A stretch of DNA of 64,000 nt from an uncultured Alphaproteobacteria bacterium (GTDB lineage: Bacteria > Pseudomonadota > Alphaproteobacteria > UBA8366 > JADFVY01), in the NCBI GenBank assembly GCA_947259105.1, contig CAMYKU010000003.1:74404-138403 (forward strand), read 5' to 3'. The notes beneath the pieces were generated by a model. It was not told where the DNA came from, did no database searches, and saw only the letters and a program-made list of their open reading frames with translations. Shown piece by piece: positions 28,016-37,565 of the stretch. Made by a program: the position numbers and the translations under genes. How positions within the stretch are numbered: the first letter of the stretch is position 1; each line of letters opens with the position of its first letter.

Positions 28016-30616
28016 ATGGTGGTGGCCGACAATAAAATGATGACCGAAAAATCGGCGCAAGATTTCGTGGCCGAGGCCGATACCGGAGCCCGCGCGCCGG
28101 GGGATCCGTTCTCACGCAAGCTTCTGTTCTATGTCGCGGTCGCATGGTCGGTGTTCCAGATCTGGATTGCATCCCCGCTGCCCTACATGCTGGCCGACTA
28201 CATCCCGCTGATGAACGACACCCATACAAGGTCGATCCATCTCGCGTTTGCGATCTTCCTGGCCTACCTTTCGTTTCCCGCTCTCAAGCGATCGCCGCGC
28301 CACCGGATCCCGATTCAGGACTGGGTGATCGCCATCATCGGTGCGGCGGCGGCGAGCTATACCGCGGTGATGGCGGTACCGCTTTCGAGCCGTCCAGGTT
28401 TGCCGGAATGGTACGATCTGGTCGCGGCCGGAATCGGCCTTGTCTGCCTGCTCGAAGCGACGCGGCGGTCGCTGGGGCCACCGCTTCTGGTGGTCGCGCT
28501 GCTGTTCCTGTCCTACGTGTTCTTCGGCCACCTGGCGCCGGAGGTGATCGCCTGGCAGGGGGCTTCCTTCAAAAAGGCGATGTCGCATCTGTGGCTCGGC
28601 CAGGAAGGCGTCTTCGGCATCGGCCTCGGGGTGTCGACGACGTTCGTCTTCCTGTTCGTGCTGTTCGGTGCGCTGCTCGACAAGGCCGGCGCCGGCAATT
28701 ACTTCACCATGGTCGCCTTTTCGCTGCTCGGCCACCTGCGCGGCGGGCCCGCCAAGGCGGCTGTCGTGTCGTCTGCCATGAACGGTATGATCTCGGGCTC
28801 GTCGATCGCCAACGTCGTCGTCACCGGCACGTTTACCATCCCGCTGATGAAGCGGGTCGGCTTCTCGGCGGAAAAGGCCGGCGCCGTTGAGGTCGCCTCT
28901 TCGACCAACGGACAGCTGATGCCGCCGATCATGGGCGCGGCAGCATTCCTGATGATCGAATATGTCGGCATCTCCTACGTCGAAGTGATCAAGCACGCGT
29001 TCCTGCCGGCCGTGATCTCCTATATCGCGCTCGTTTATATCGTGCATCTCGAAGCGCTAAAGGCCGGAATGCAGGGGATTCCGAGACGCACTGTTTCGCC
29101 GCTGGCGCGCCGGCTGATCGGCTTCGCCCTGACCGCCGGCGGCATCGTCATCCTTTCGGGCATCATCTACTACGGCTTCGGCTGGGTGAAGGATGTGGCG
29201 GGTGACGCGTCGATCTGGATCGCCACGGCGGTGATCCTGGCCGCCTATCTGTATCTCGTCCGGATTGCCGCCCGGGTTCCGAATCTCGCATCGGAGAGCG
29301 AGATCGCGAATATGAAATACCTGCCGGAGGTCGCGCCGACCGTCCGATCCGGCCTGCACTACCTGCTGCCGGTCGTGGTGCTGATCTGGTGTCTCGTGGT
29401 CGAGCGCTTCTCACCGGGGCTGGCCGCGTTCTGGGCCTCGCTGCTGATGATCTTCGTCGTCGTCACGCAGGATGCCCTGAAGGCGTTCTTCCGGGGCCAA
29501 GATCCCGATTACATCGCCGCCATCCGCATCGGCTGGTCGCATACGGTTGCCGGACTGGCGGCCGGCGCCCGCAACATGATCGGCATCGGCATCGCCACCG
29601 CGGTTGCCGGCATCGTCGTCGGCACGGTGACGCTGACCGGTATCGGACTGGTGATGACCGAATTCGTCGAATTCATCTCCGGCGGCAATCTGATCCTGAT
29701 GCTGCTGTTTACCGCTTTCATCAGCCTGTTGCTGGGCATGGGTTTGCCGACCACGGCCAACTATATCGTGGTCTCGACCCTGATGGCGCCGGTGATCGTC
29801 ACGCTGGGCGCCGAGTCCGGCCTGATCGTGCCGCTGATCGCGGTGCATATGTTCGTCTTCTATTTCGGCATATTGGCGGATGACACGCCGCCTGTCGGAC
29901 TTGCCGCGTTCGCCGCTGCGGCGATCTCGCAGGGCGATCCGATCCGCACCGGTCTGCAGGGCTTCGCCTATGATATCCGCACGGCGATCCTGCCGTTCCT
30001 GTTCATTTTCAACACCGAACTCCTGATGATCGGCATCGACAGCGTGCCGTATCTGCTGCTGGTGGTCGTTTCGGCGGTGGCGGCGATGCTGCTGTTCGCG
30101 GCCGGCACGCAGGGGTATTTCATTGTGCGCAGCCGGCTGTGGGAGTCGCTGATGCTGGTCGTCATCGCGCTGACGCTGTTCCGGCCCGGCTTCTGGATGG
30201 ACATGATCGTGGCGCCGCTCGAAACCCGCCCGGCCGGGGAAATTGTTGCGATCGCCGAAGCGCAGCCGCCGAATACCGTTCTGCGTGTCCGCATGTCCGG
30301 CGAGACGATCGACGGCGATTTCGTCACCAAGTTCGTGCCGCTGCCGCTCGGACCGGCGGGGCCCGGCGCGGAACGGCTCGCCCATGGCGGGATCGAGGCG
30401 CGCCAACAGGGCGGCAAGACGCTGGTCGACAACATCGTCTTCGGCACGGCCGCCGAGCAGGCCGGCGTCGACTTCGACTGGGAGATTCTTGATGTCCAGG
30501 TGGACGCCGAACAGCCGCCCAAACAGTTGATCTACATCCCGACACTGGCCCTGCTTGGCATGATCGTGCTCTTGCAGCGCCGTCGCCGCCCGGCTTCGGC
30601 CGCGGCGACAGCATAG
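28016..30616 (+). CDS. TRAP transporter fused permease (4TM/12TM DctQM-like fusion, TAXI-associated type)
   Basis: The 866 aa polytopic membrane protein follows the three TAXI receptors. It has the internal duplicated permease architecture typical of TAXI-TRAP permeases. Confidence 0.8.
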   Translation: MVVADNKMMTEKSAQDFVAEADTGARAPGDPFSRKLLFYVAVAWSVFQIWIASPLPYMLADYIPLMNDTHTRSIHLAFAIFLAYLSFPALKRSPRHRIPIQDWVIAIIGAAAASYTAVMAVPLSSRPGLPEWYDLVAAGIGLVCLLEATRRSLGPPLLVVALLFLSYVFFGHLAPEVIAWQGASFKKAMSHLWLGQEGVFGIGLGVSTTFVFLFVLFGALLDKAGAGNYFTMVAFSLLGHLRGGPAKAAVVSSAMNGMISGSSIANVVVTGTFTIPLMKRVGFSAEKAGAVEVASSTNGQLMPPIMGAAAFLMIEYVGISYVEVIKHAFLPAVISYIALVYIVHLEALKAGMQGIPRRTVSPLARRLIGFALTAGGIVILSGIIYYGFGWVKDVAGDASIWIATAVILAAYLYLVRIAARVPNLASESEIANMKYLPEVAPTVRSGLHYLLPVVVLIWCLVVERFSPGLAAFWASLLMIFVVVTQDALKAFFRGQDPDYIAAIRIGWSHTVAGLAAGARNMIGIGIATAVAGIVVGTVTLTGIGLVMTEFVEFISGGNLILMLLFTAFISLLLGMGLPTTANYIVVSTLMAPVIVTLGAESGLIVPLIAVHMFVFYFGILADDTPPVGLAAFAAAAISQGDPIRTGLQGFAYDIRTAILPFLFIFNTELLMIGIDSVPYLLLVVVSAVAAMLLFAAGTQGYFIVRSRLWESLMLVVIALTLFRPGFWMDMIVAPLETRPAGEIVAIAEAQPPNTVLRVRMSGETIDGDFVTKFVPLPLGPAGPGAERLAHGGIEARQQGGKTLVDNIVFGTAAEQAGVDFDWEILDVQVDAEQPPKQLIYIPTLALLGMIVLLQRRRRPASAAATA

Positions 30617-30627
30617 CGAGGCAAACC

Positions 30628-31056
30628 ATGTACCAGACCATCCTGCTGACGGTCGATCTGAACGAGGAGTCGTCGTGGAAAAAGGCGCTGCCCACCGCGC
30701 TCGAGCTTTGCCGACTGCAAGGCGCCAAGCTGCATGTCATGACCGTCATACCCGACTTCGGGATGTCCATCGTCGGCTCGTTCTTTCCCGATGGCTACGA
30801 GAACCGGGCACTGGCCGATGCCGGCAAGGCGCTGAAGGAATTCATCGCGACGCATATTCCCGGCGACCTGGACGTTGTGAGCGATGTGTGCCACGGCACC
30901 GTGTACGAGGAAATTCTCGACGCCGCGCAGCGGGTCGGCGCCGACCTCATCGTGATGGCGGCGCACCGGCCGGGGCAGGCGGACTACCTGCTCGGCCCCA
31001 ACGCCGCCCGCGTCGTGCGTCATGCCGACTGCTCGGTCCTTGTGATCCGGGGTTGA
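30628..31056 (+). CDS. Universal stress protein (UspA family)
   Basis: It is 142 aa with the USP ATP-binding motif region GADLIVMAAHRPG...GPNAARVVRHADCSVLVI. Confidence 0.85.
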   Translation: MYQTILLTVDLNEESSWKKALPTALELCRLQGAKLHVMTVIPDFGMSIVGSFFPDGYENRALADAGKALKEFIATHIPGDLDVVSDVCHGTVYEEILDAAQRVGADLIVMAAHRPGQADYLLGPNAARVVRHADCSVLVIRG

Positions 31057-31073
31057 GGCGGCGTTCCGCCGCG

Positions 31074-32927
31074 CTACTGCGCCGCCGCGTCTCCCTTCTT
31101 CGACCCGCTGTCCAGGAAGTCGCCCAGCACGCCCGCAGCGCCGGCAAGGCTGTTGGGACCCCCGCTCCCGCCCAGCGTAAAGACCCGCTCCGGCACGAAC
31201 TTGTGCGCATTGGTCAGCGCTGAGGTCAGCACATCGGGGTTGCCGTCGAAGAAATCCAGCAGCCGGCCGACCACGAACTCGAACTTGCGCAGCTCCACTA
31301 CGCGATCCTGGCCCAGGATTTCCGACTGCGACTTCTGGCCCTCGGCGATCAGCATCAGCTTGTCGCGCTCGCCCTGACCTTCGTTGCGGCGCGCCATGGC
31401 GAACTGTTCGGACCGCTTCACCTCGATTTGCGCCTCCACCAGCTTGTCCTGCTGGTCGGCGGTGGCGCGGGTCTGCTCGGTCTTGATGCGCTCGCTCTGG
31501 GCGCCGCGCTCCTGATGATAGGCCTTCGCGAGCTGTTGTGCCAGTTGCTCGCGCTTGCGGGCGACCAGCAGTTCGGGCGGCAGGTCGGGCTCCAGCAGGC
31601 GCACCTCCTTGATGTCCACGCCGGCCTTCAGGCCCTCGTCGTGGATGATCACCTCGATGGCCTCTTCCAGCGCCGTGCGGTTCTCGATTACGTCCAGCAC
31701 GCGGACCCGCCGGGTAACGGTGCGCATCTGCGGCTCGCCGTTCTCGTCGAGGATCGGGGCGCCGCGCTCGTCGAGGACCTGCGTCGGGACCCGGATCACG
31801 CCGCCGGCAACGTTACGCACGACCGATTGCACGGCCGGGCTCATGATGCGGTCCTCGACCTCCTGCAGACCGCCGACCGAAGCGACCACGAAGGGCGCGT
31901 GTGCGGGCGTGACCTGGACCAGGACGCGCAGCTGCTGGGCGATGGTCCAGCCCTCGACCTTCAGGAAAATCGCCTCGTCGGCCGCATGCTGCGGCACCTT
32001 GATGTTTTCCGACTCCTCGCGCTGGGTGATGCGCCCCTGCTGGTCCACGGCCAGCGAAATCTGCCGCCGCGTGAAGCCGCCGCGGTATTCCCAGGTCTGC
32101 ACCCGCGTATCGACCAGGGTGACGGTGTAGGCCTTCTCGTTGATGTAGTATTTGCCGGGGTTCAGCGCCCTTCCCCAGACCCCGATGCAGCCGACCGGAA
32201 CCAGCGGCACGCTGAGCACACCCTCGACTTCGCCGACATCGGCGGTCGGCGAACAATCCTCCGGGCGTTCGGCGCGCAGATTGCCGAAGTCGACGCGCGA
32301 ACGGACATTCGATTTCACCACGCCGACGAAGCCTTTCGGGATGTCGGTGACGTCGCCGATCTGGACATCCCACAAGAACCCGTTCAGGCGGTACTTTCCA
32401 GGCGTAAGTACGGTGGTCTGTGGTCCCTTCTGCCCGCCATTGGTCAGGAAATATGCCGTATCGTTGATCATCTTGTCGGCGTCATCCGCGGCGAACGGGT
32501 TGGCGTAGGTCTGCTCATCGCGCAGCGGAACGCCGTCGCGCGCCACGAGGAACCCGTACTTTCCCGACGGGATTTCGATAACGTCCTGCATCGTCACGTT
32601 ATACTGAATGCGCAGACCCGGCTGGAAATGGAAGCCGGGCGGCAGGACGTCCGCCTGCGGACCCATTTCCCCCTGGGTCGCCAGGATGCCACCCTCCTTC
32701 AGGGCGTTGAAGCCGTATACCTTGTCCTTGTGGCCGGTCTGGTCCTTGTCGACGTATACGAACGATAGAGACGCGACGAGGCCCAGCGCAACGAGAAAAC
32801 CCAGGCCGCGTATGGCAAGCCGGGCGGACGACAGCAGTCGGTCCTGAGCGGGGTCGGTCGAGGTGACGTAGCTGGCGCCGAACCAGGCGACGAGAACGAC
32901 GACGACGGCGAGGATGAGGGTGGTCAT
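31074..32927 (-). CDS. Flotillin-like SPFH/Band-7 domain membrane protein with C-terminal coiled coil
   Basis: It has an N-terminal TM anchor, an SPFH-like core (VTLVDTRVQTWEYRGG...IEVIIHDEGLKAGVDIKEVRLLEPDLPPEL), and a long charged helical region (ARKREQLAQQLAKAYHQERGAQSERIKTEQTRATADQQ...). It is convergent with uspA. Confidence 0.55.
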   Translation of the reverse strand: MTTLILAVVVVLVAWFGASYVTSTDPAQDRLLSSARLAIRGLGFLVALGLVASLSFVYVDKDQTGHKDKVYGFNALKEGGILATQGEMGPQADVLPPGFHFQPGLRIQYNVTMQDVIEIPSGKYGFLVARDGVPLRDEQTYANPFAADDADKMINDTAYFLTNGGQKGPQTTVLTPGKYRLNGFLWDVQIGDVTDIPKGFVGVVKSNVRSRVDFGNLRAERPEDCSPTADVGEVEGVLSVPLVPVGCIGVWGRALNPGKYYINEKAYTVTLVDTRVQTWEYRGGFTRRQISLAVDQQGRITQREESENIKVPQHAADEAIFLKVEGWTIAQQLRVLVQVTPAHAPFVVASVGGLQEVEDRIMSPAVQSVVRNVAGGVIRVPTQVLDERGAPILDENGEPQMRTVTRRVRVLDVIENRTALEEAIEVIIHDEGLKAGVDIKEVRLLEPDLPPELLVARKREQLAQQLAKAYHQERGAQSERIKTEQTRATADQQDKLVEAQIEVKRSEQFAMARRNEGQGERDKLMLIAEGQKSQSEILGQDRVVELRKFEFVVGRLLDFFDGNPDVLTSALTNAHKFVPERVFTLGGSGGPNSLAGAAGVLGDFLDSGSKKGDAAAQ

Positions 32928-33083
32928 GGTCGGCTCCTCCTGCTATCCGGGCGACCGCGGCAAGTGCCGTCCGCAACGGGCGGAAGCGCCTCTGCGCCAA
33001 GCGACCCGATCGCGACGTATATTTGGCGGCTCTTTATTAAGGCCAGGTGAACGTGGCTAAGAAACGGAGCAATCGAGCCATTT

Positions 33084-33680
33084 TCAGGGCAGTTCAAGAC
33101 TGATGCGGAAGGCCATGCGCTCAACATGCGCCTGCTCGCCCGCGACCAGATTGCCAAGCTCCAGCGCCTCGATCCGCATTGCGCCTTCGATGCGCGGCAC
33201 CAGGGCCAACTGGTTTTCCGCATTCCTGACGTTCTCTTCCGAACGCTCGCCAGGCCAAAGAAGGACTTCCAGCGCCTCCTGCGCCGCCTGGTATCCGGCG
33301 CTGTCCCGTACGAAGGCAAAGCGCCGCTCCATCTGTGGCGCGTTGACATTGCCGTCTCCCGGCTCGTTCGGGCCGGTGTTGTCCCTGTTGCGGAAATGCC
33401 AACCCTGAATGACCGCAGGATTTATACCGCGGAAGGGTGGCGTTACGGCGGTCACGTAATTCTGGTCGCGCTGCATCGGATCGCCGATCCAGATGGTCCA
33501 GCCGCCGCCTGTCGGCACCAGACGAAACTCGTATCCGGCGCCGTCATGATCGAACCGGTGGACCAGCGTATCGCCGCGACTCACCTCGCCCCGCAATTCC
33601 AGCGGGTCCGCCGCGGCGGCGCCGGTGGTGGCGACGCCAAGAGACAGCACCAAGGCGGTTATGAATCCAAATCGGGGCAT
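33084..33680 (-). CDS. Hypothetical secreted protein (198 aa)
   Basis: It has a signal peptide MPRFGFITALVLSLGVATTGAAAA, and the protein-like composition continues to the stop. It is the only coherent part of the over-long track ORF 33084-34724. Confidence 0.4.
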   Translation of the reverse strand: MPRFGFITALVLSLGVATTGAAAADPLELRGEVSRGDTLVHRFDHDGAGYEFRLVPTGGGWTIWIGDPMQRDQNYVTAVTPPFRGINPAVIQGWHFRNRDNTGPNEPGDGNVNAPQMERRFAFVRDSAGYQAAQEALEVLLWPGERSEENVRNAENQLALVPRIEGAMRIEALELGNLVAGEQAHVERMAFRISLELP

Positions 33681-33866
33681 GGCAAGCAGGTGGATGATAT
33701 ATGCAGAACGTAAACAGAGGATATAGCTGTTCGTCGAATCGCCCAACCGCTTCCTTGGTGTCCGACCTGGCCCTCCAGGTTCGATGCGCGGAAGGTACTT
33801 CGAAGCACTTGGCCACATCGCCGAATAGTGGCAGCATACGCATGCGATCGTTAACAGCGGAGAGCG

Positions 33867-34721
33867 ATGCGACGTCTTCTGGTCATTCCGATCCTGCTTG
33901 GCCTCCTGTCTGGTACGGCGCCCGCGGCGCCGTACCAGCCGGTGGTGGTGCCCGTGGCCTCCGGGCCGTTCATGATGGGATCGGACGATGCGGAACGGGA
34001 GGCCGCCTACGATCTGGACGAGGCAGCCTACGGCCACAGCGCCACGCGGCAGCAGGGCTGGTACAGTCGCGAAATGCCCCGCCGGGTCGTCACGACCGGA
34101 AGCTACGGCATCATGCAGCGCCCCGTGACCAACGACCTCTATGCCCGCTTCCTGCTGGCGGCGCGCCGGCCTGCGCCCTATATCGACAGGACGACGTGGG
34201 AGCGCCAGGGCCTGATCCACCCGTACGGGCTGGTCGAGCGGTTTCTGTGGCGCGAAGGCAGTCCCCCGCCGCGGCGGGGAGTCCATCCGGTGGTGCTGGT
34301 GAGCCATGCCGACGCCACGGCCTTTGCCGCATGGCTCAGTGCCGAAACCGGCGTCGCGTGGCGGCTGCCGACCGAGGCCGAATGGGAGAAGGCGGCGCGG
34401 GGAACGGCCGGCCGCCGCTTCCCCTGGGGTGACGAATTCGATCCCCAACGACTCAACAGTCACGACAACGGACCCTTCGATTCGGTCCCGGCCGGCAGTA
34501 TCCCGGCGGGTGCCAGCCCTTTCGGCATGCTCGATGCGGCGGGACAGGTGTTCGAATGGACCGCGACGCCGGCCGGCGGCAACCGCTTCATCGACAAGGG
34601 CGGTTCCTGGGACGACAAGGGATGCGGCGTATGCCGCCCGGCGGCGCGCCATTCCCGGCTCGCGGCCCTGAAGCATATCCTGATCGGGTTCCGGCTGGTC
34701 CGGGGTGCCGGGCCGGAATGA
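33867..34721 (+). CDS. Formylglycine-generating enzyme (FGE/SUMF1) family domain protein
   Basis: It has a signal peptide and the FGE-sulfatase domain hallmarks GPFMMGSDD, WRLPTEAEWEKAARG and a C-terminal KGGSW...GFRLV. Confidence 0.7.
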   Translation: MRRLLVIPILLGLLSGTAPAAPYQPVVVPVASGPFMMGSDDAEREAAYDLDEAAYGHSATRQQGWYSREMPRRVVTTGSYGIMQRPVTNDLYARFLLAARRPAPYIDRTTWERQGLIHPYGLVERFLWREGSPPPRRGVHPVVLVSHADATAFAAWLSAETGVAWRLPTEAEWEKAARGTAGRRFPWGDEFDPQRLNSHDNGPFDSVPAGSIPAGASPFGMLDAAGQVFEWTATPAGGNRFIDKGGSWDDKGCGVCRPAARHSRLAALKHILIGFRLVRGAGPE

Positions 34722-34769
34722 CATTCAACAAGAGGTGACTGGCATTCCCGGGATCCGGCCGATACAACC

Positions 34770-35528
34770 TTGCGACAAGAGTGGAAGGGATACGGTGTGT
34801 TGACGCAAATTGAAACGGCCGATTTGGCCGCCCTGTCGGAAGCGCAGCTTGCGGCCATGCTTGTGGCTGGCGAGAAGGTTCTGGAAAGCGTGCGCGTGCT
34901 CGGCAATACCGGCGACAACATCGTCGGCGAGTTGCTGCACGATGTCGAAACCTTTTACGAATGGAACCATTATCCGGAGGGCGACGTGTTCGACCCGCGC
35001 AGCAACGCGCAATACTATTATCACGCCCATCCCAAGGAAGAGCGCCCGGGCGAGCACGGCCATTTCCACACCTTCCTCAGGCCGAAGGGCATGCCGCCAG
35101 GCATCGCGCCCGCACCGCTGCCCGATTTCGAGCCACCGAAGGGCGAGAACGATGCGTTGAGCCATCTGATCGCGATTTCCTGCGACAAGCAGGGTGTTCC
35201 CAGCAAGCTGTTCACGACCAACCGGTGGGTGACCGGTGAGATCTGGTATTCGGCCGAGGACGTTTGCCGGATGGTCAATTATTTCGTCATCGATCATGTC
35301 CGCCCGTCATGGGCCGTCAATCTCTGGCTGTCGAACCTGCTCGTTCTGTTCCGGCCGCAGATCCGCGCACTGATAATGGGGCGCGACGAGGCCGTCGAGG
35401 CGTGGGCGGCAGAGCACAAAAGCGACAGCGTCTACGAGGATCGCGAACTGGAGGTGACGACGGAGTGCGAAATCTCCGTCCCCGACCAGATCACGACGAT
35501 CCGCGAAGAGTTGAAAATAAGGACGTGA
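34770..35528 (+). CDS. Hypothetical conserved protein (His-rich motif YYYHAHPKEERPGEHGHFHTF)
   Basis: The ORF has good coding bias. No family recognised from sequence alone. Confidence 0.45.
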   Translation: MRQEWKGYGVLTQIETADLAALSEAQLAAMLVAGEKVLESVRVLGNTGDNIVGELLHDVETFYEWNHYPEGDVFDPRSNAQYYYHAHPKEERPGEHGHFHTFLRPKGMPPGIAPAPLPDFEPPKGENDALSHLIAISCDKQGVPSKLFTTNRWVTGEIWYSAEDVCRMVNYFVIDHVRPSWAVNLWLSNLLVLFRPQIRALIMGRDEAVEAWAAEHKSDSVYEDRELEVTTECEISVPDQITTIREELKIRT

Positions 35529-35536
35529 TGGCCTGG

Positions 35537-36655
35537 TTAGAGCCTCTGGCGGGTCTCGCGGTCGAACACCGATATCTGCGACAGGTCGATCCGCGTGCGG
35601 ACCGGCGTGCCGAGCTTGATCTGCTCGCGCGGGCTGAAGCGACCGCTGATCTCGCTGTCGCCGAATGCCAGGTTGACGTGCTGATCGAAGCCGTTTGTTT
35701 CGACCAGCGTCGGTACGAGATCCAGCGCTACGTTCGGCCTGTCGGCGGAAGGGTCGGAGCCGGAGACATACTCCGGCCGGATGCCGAGGATCACTTCGGC
35801 CCCGTCCTCGATACCCCCGCCGAAGGGGTAGTGGTCGGCGGGCAGCTCCCGTGTCGCGCCGTCGAACGAGACCTGTATGCGGATCGCGCCGCCGTCTTTG
35901 CTAATGCGGCCATTGATGAAGTTCATCGCGGGCGAGCCGATGAAGCCGGCGACGAAGGTATTGACCGGATAGTCATAGACCTGCTGCGGCGGCCCCAGCT
36001 GGGCGATAACGCCGCCCTCCATCACCGCCACTTCGGTGGCCAGGCTCATCGCCTCGGTCTGGTCGTGGGTGACATAGACGATGGTGGCGCCGAGCGCCCG
36101 GTGCAGGCGCTTGATCTCGGCCCGCATCTCGACGCGCAGCTTGGCGTCCAGGTTCGATAGCGGCTCGTCGAACAGGAACAGCTTCGGCTGGCGCACAAGG
36201 GCGCGCCCCATCGCCACGCGCTGCCGCTGACCGCCGGAGAGGTGTGCCGGCCGCCGGTTGAGTAGATGATCGATCTTCAGCATGTGCGCGACCTTTTCGA
36301 GCGCCGATCTCTGCTCCGCGCGCGTTGCGCCGCGGACCTTCATGCCGAAGGTGATATTCCTGGCGACCGACATGTTGGGGTAGAGCGCATAGGACTGGAA
36401 CACCATGGCGATGTCGCGGTCCTTCGGCGCCGCGTCGGTCATGTCACGCCCGCCGATCAGAATCCGGCCCGACGTCGGCGCCTCCAGTCCGGCGACGCAG
36501 TTGAGCAGTGTCGACTTGCCGCAGCCCGACGGCCCGACGAGCACCAGGAACGCCCCTTCCTCGATCGCCAGGTCGATATTCATCAGGACGTGAACGTTTT
36601 GAAAGCTCTTGGTCAGGCCTTCGATCTTCAGGACGGCGTCATTCTGTGCGGCCAT
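35537..36655 (-). CDS. ugpC: Sugar ABC transporter ATP-binding protein (MalK/UgpC type)
   Basis: It has Walker A GPSGCGKST, the signature LSGGQRQRVAMGRAL, Walker B LFLFDEPLSNLD, and a C-terminal TOBE-like regulatory domain. Confidence 0.85.
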   Translation of the reverse strand: MAAQNDAVLKIEGLTKSFQNVHVLMNIDLAIEEGAFLVLVGPSGCGKSTLLNCVAGLEAPTSGRILIGGRDMTDAAPKDRDIAMVFQSYALYPNMSVARNITFGMKVRGATRAEQRSALEKVAHMLKIDHLLNRRPAHLSGGQRQRVAMGRALVRQPKLFLFDEPLSNLDAKLRVEMRAEIKRLHRALGATIVYVTHDQTEAMSLATEVAVMEGGVIAQLGPPQQVYDYPVNTFVAGFIGSPAMNFINGRISKDGGAIRIQVSFDGATRELPADHYPFGGGIEDGAEVILGIRPEYVSGSDPSADRPNVALDLVPTLVETNGFDQHVNLAFGDSEISGRFSPREQIKLGTPVRTRIDLSQISVFDRETRQRL

Positions 36656-36659
36656 CGTC

Positions 36660-37565
36660 TTAACCCTTCACCGAGCCCGCGGTCAGGCCGCGGATGAAGT
36701 ACTTGCCGGCCAGCACGTAGACGATCAGGGTCGGCAAACCGGCGATGATCGCAGCGGCCATGTCGACGTTGTATTCCTTCACGCCGGTGGTCGAGTTGAC
36801 GATGTTGTTCAGCGCCACCGTGACCGGCTGCGTGCCGGCCTGGCTGAACGACACGCCGAACAGGAAGTCGTTCCAGATCTGGGTGAACTGCCAGATCACG
36901 GTCACCACGATGATCGGCGGCGACAGCGGCAGGAAAATCCGGAAGAAGATGGTGAAGAACCCCGCGCCGTCGATCTTGGCGGCCTTCACCAGCTCCACCG
37001 GGATCGTGACGTAGTAGTTCCGGAAGAACAGGGTGGTGAACCCCAGCCCGTAGACGACGTGCACCAGGACCAGACCGCCCAACGAGCCGGCAAGTCCGAG
37101 CAATCCCAGCGTGCGCGCCATCGGCAGCAGGACCACCTGGAACGGGATAAAGCAGCCGAACAGCATCAATGCGAAGATCAGATTCGCGCCGCGGAAGCGC
37201 CAGTGCGACAGCGCGTAGCCGTTCACGGCGCCGAGAAAGGTGGACAGGAACACGGCCGGTACGACCATCTTTACGCTGTTCCAGAAGAACGGCTGCAGCC
37301 CCTCGCACTGGATGCCCGCGCAGGCCGAACTCCATGCCGTCGCCCACGAAACGAGGCTGGCGCTGTCCGGCAGGCTCATCAGCGATCCGGCGCGAATTTC
37401 GTCCAGACTCTTCAGCGAGGTGACCGCCATCACGAAGAGCGGCAGAATGTAGTAGGCGACGAACAGGGCCAGCAGCAGATAAAGCAGTCCGCGCAGCGCG
37501 ACGCGCACGATACCGCGCCGCGTCGCACGGCCTGCCGGCGCGCTCGTCAGCGTCGCATCAGTCAT
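36660..37565 (-). CDS. Sugar ABC transporter permease (UgpE/MalG type)
   Basis: It is a 6-TM permease with the EAA-like loop region FRIFLPLSPPIIVVTVIW. It is in an operon with the ATPase. Confidence 0.8.
   Translation of the reverse strand: MTDATLTSAPAGRATRRGIVRVALRGLLYLLLALFVAYYILPLFVMAVTSLKSLDEIRAGSLMSLPDSASLVSWATAWSSACAGIQCEGLQPFFWNSVKMVVPAVFLSTFLGAVNGYALSHWRFRGANLIFALMLFGCFIPFQVVLLPMARTLGLLGLAGSLGGLVLVHVVYGLGFTTLFFRNYYVTIPVELVKAAKIDGAGFFTIFFRIFLPLSPPIIVVTVIWQFTQIWNDFLFGVSFSQAGTQPVTVALNNIVNSTTGVKEYNVDMAAAIIAGLPTLIVYVLAGKYFIRGLTAGSVKG

Noticed and set aside
28112-30406. Several 300+ aa ORFs (28112-29047 -, 29411-30406 -, 28144-28890 +)
   Set aside because: They are alternative frames within the 866 aa TRAP fused permease gene. 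Their products are Arg/Asp/His-rich with no TM segments.
31428-32768. 446 aa + strand ORF
   Set aside because: It is antisense to the flotillin-like gene. Its composition is repetitive Leu/Asp/Arg with no motifs.
33126-34724. ORF 33126-33713 (+) and the upper part of the minus-strand ORF 33084-34724
   Set aside because: The minus-strand ORF is only protein-like in its last 198 codons (a signal-peptide protein). Its upstream portion is antisense to the FGE/SUMF1 gene. The + strand 195 aa ORF overlaps the secreted protein in the opposite sense and has no features.
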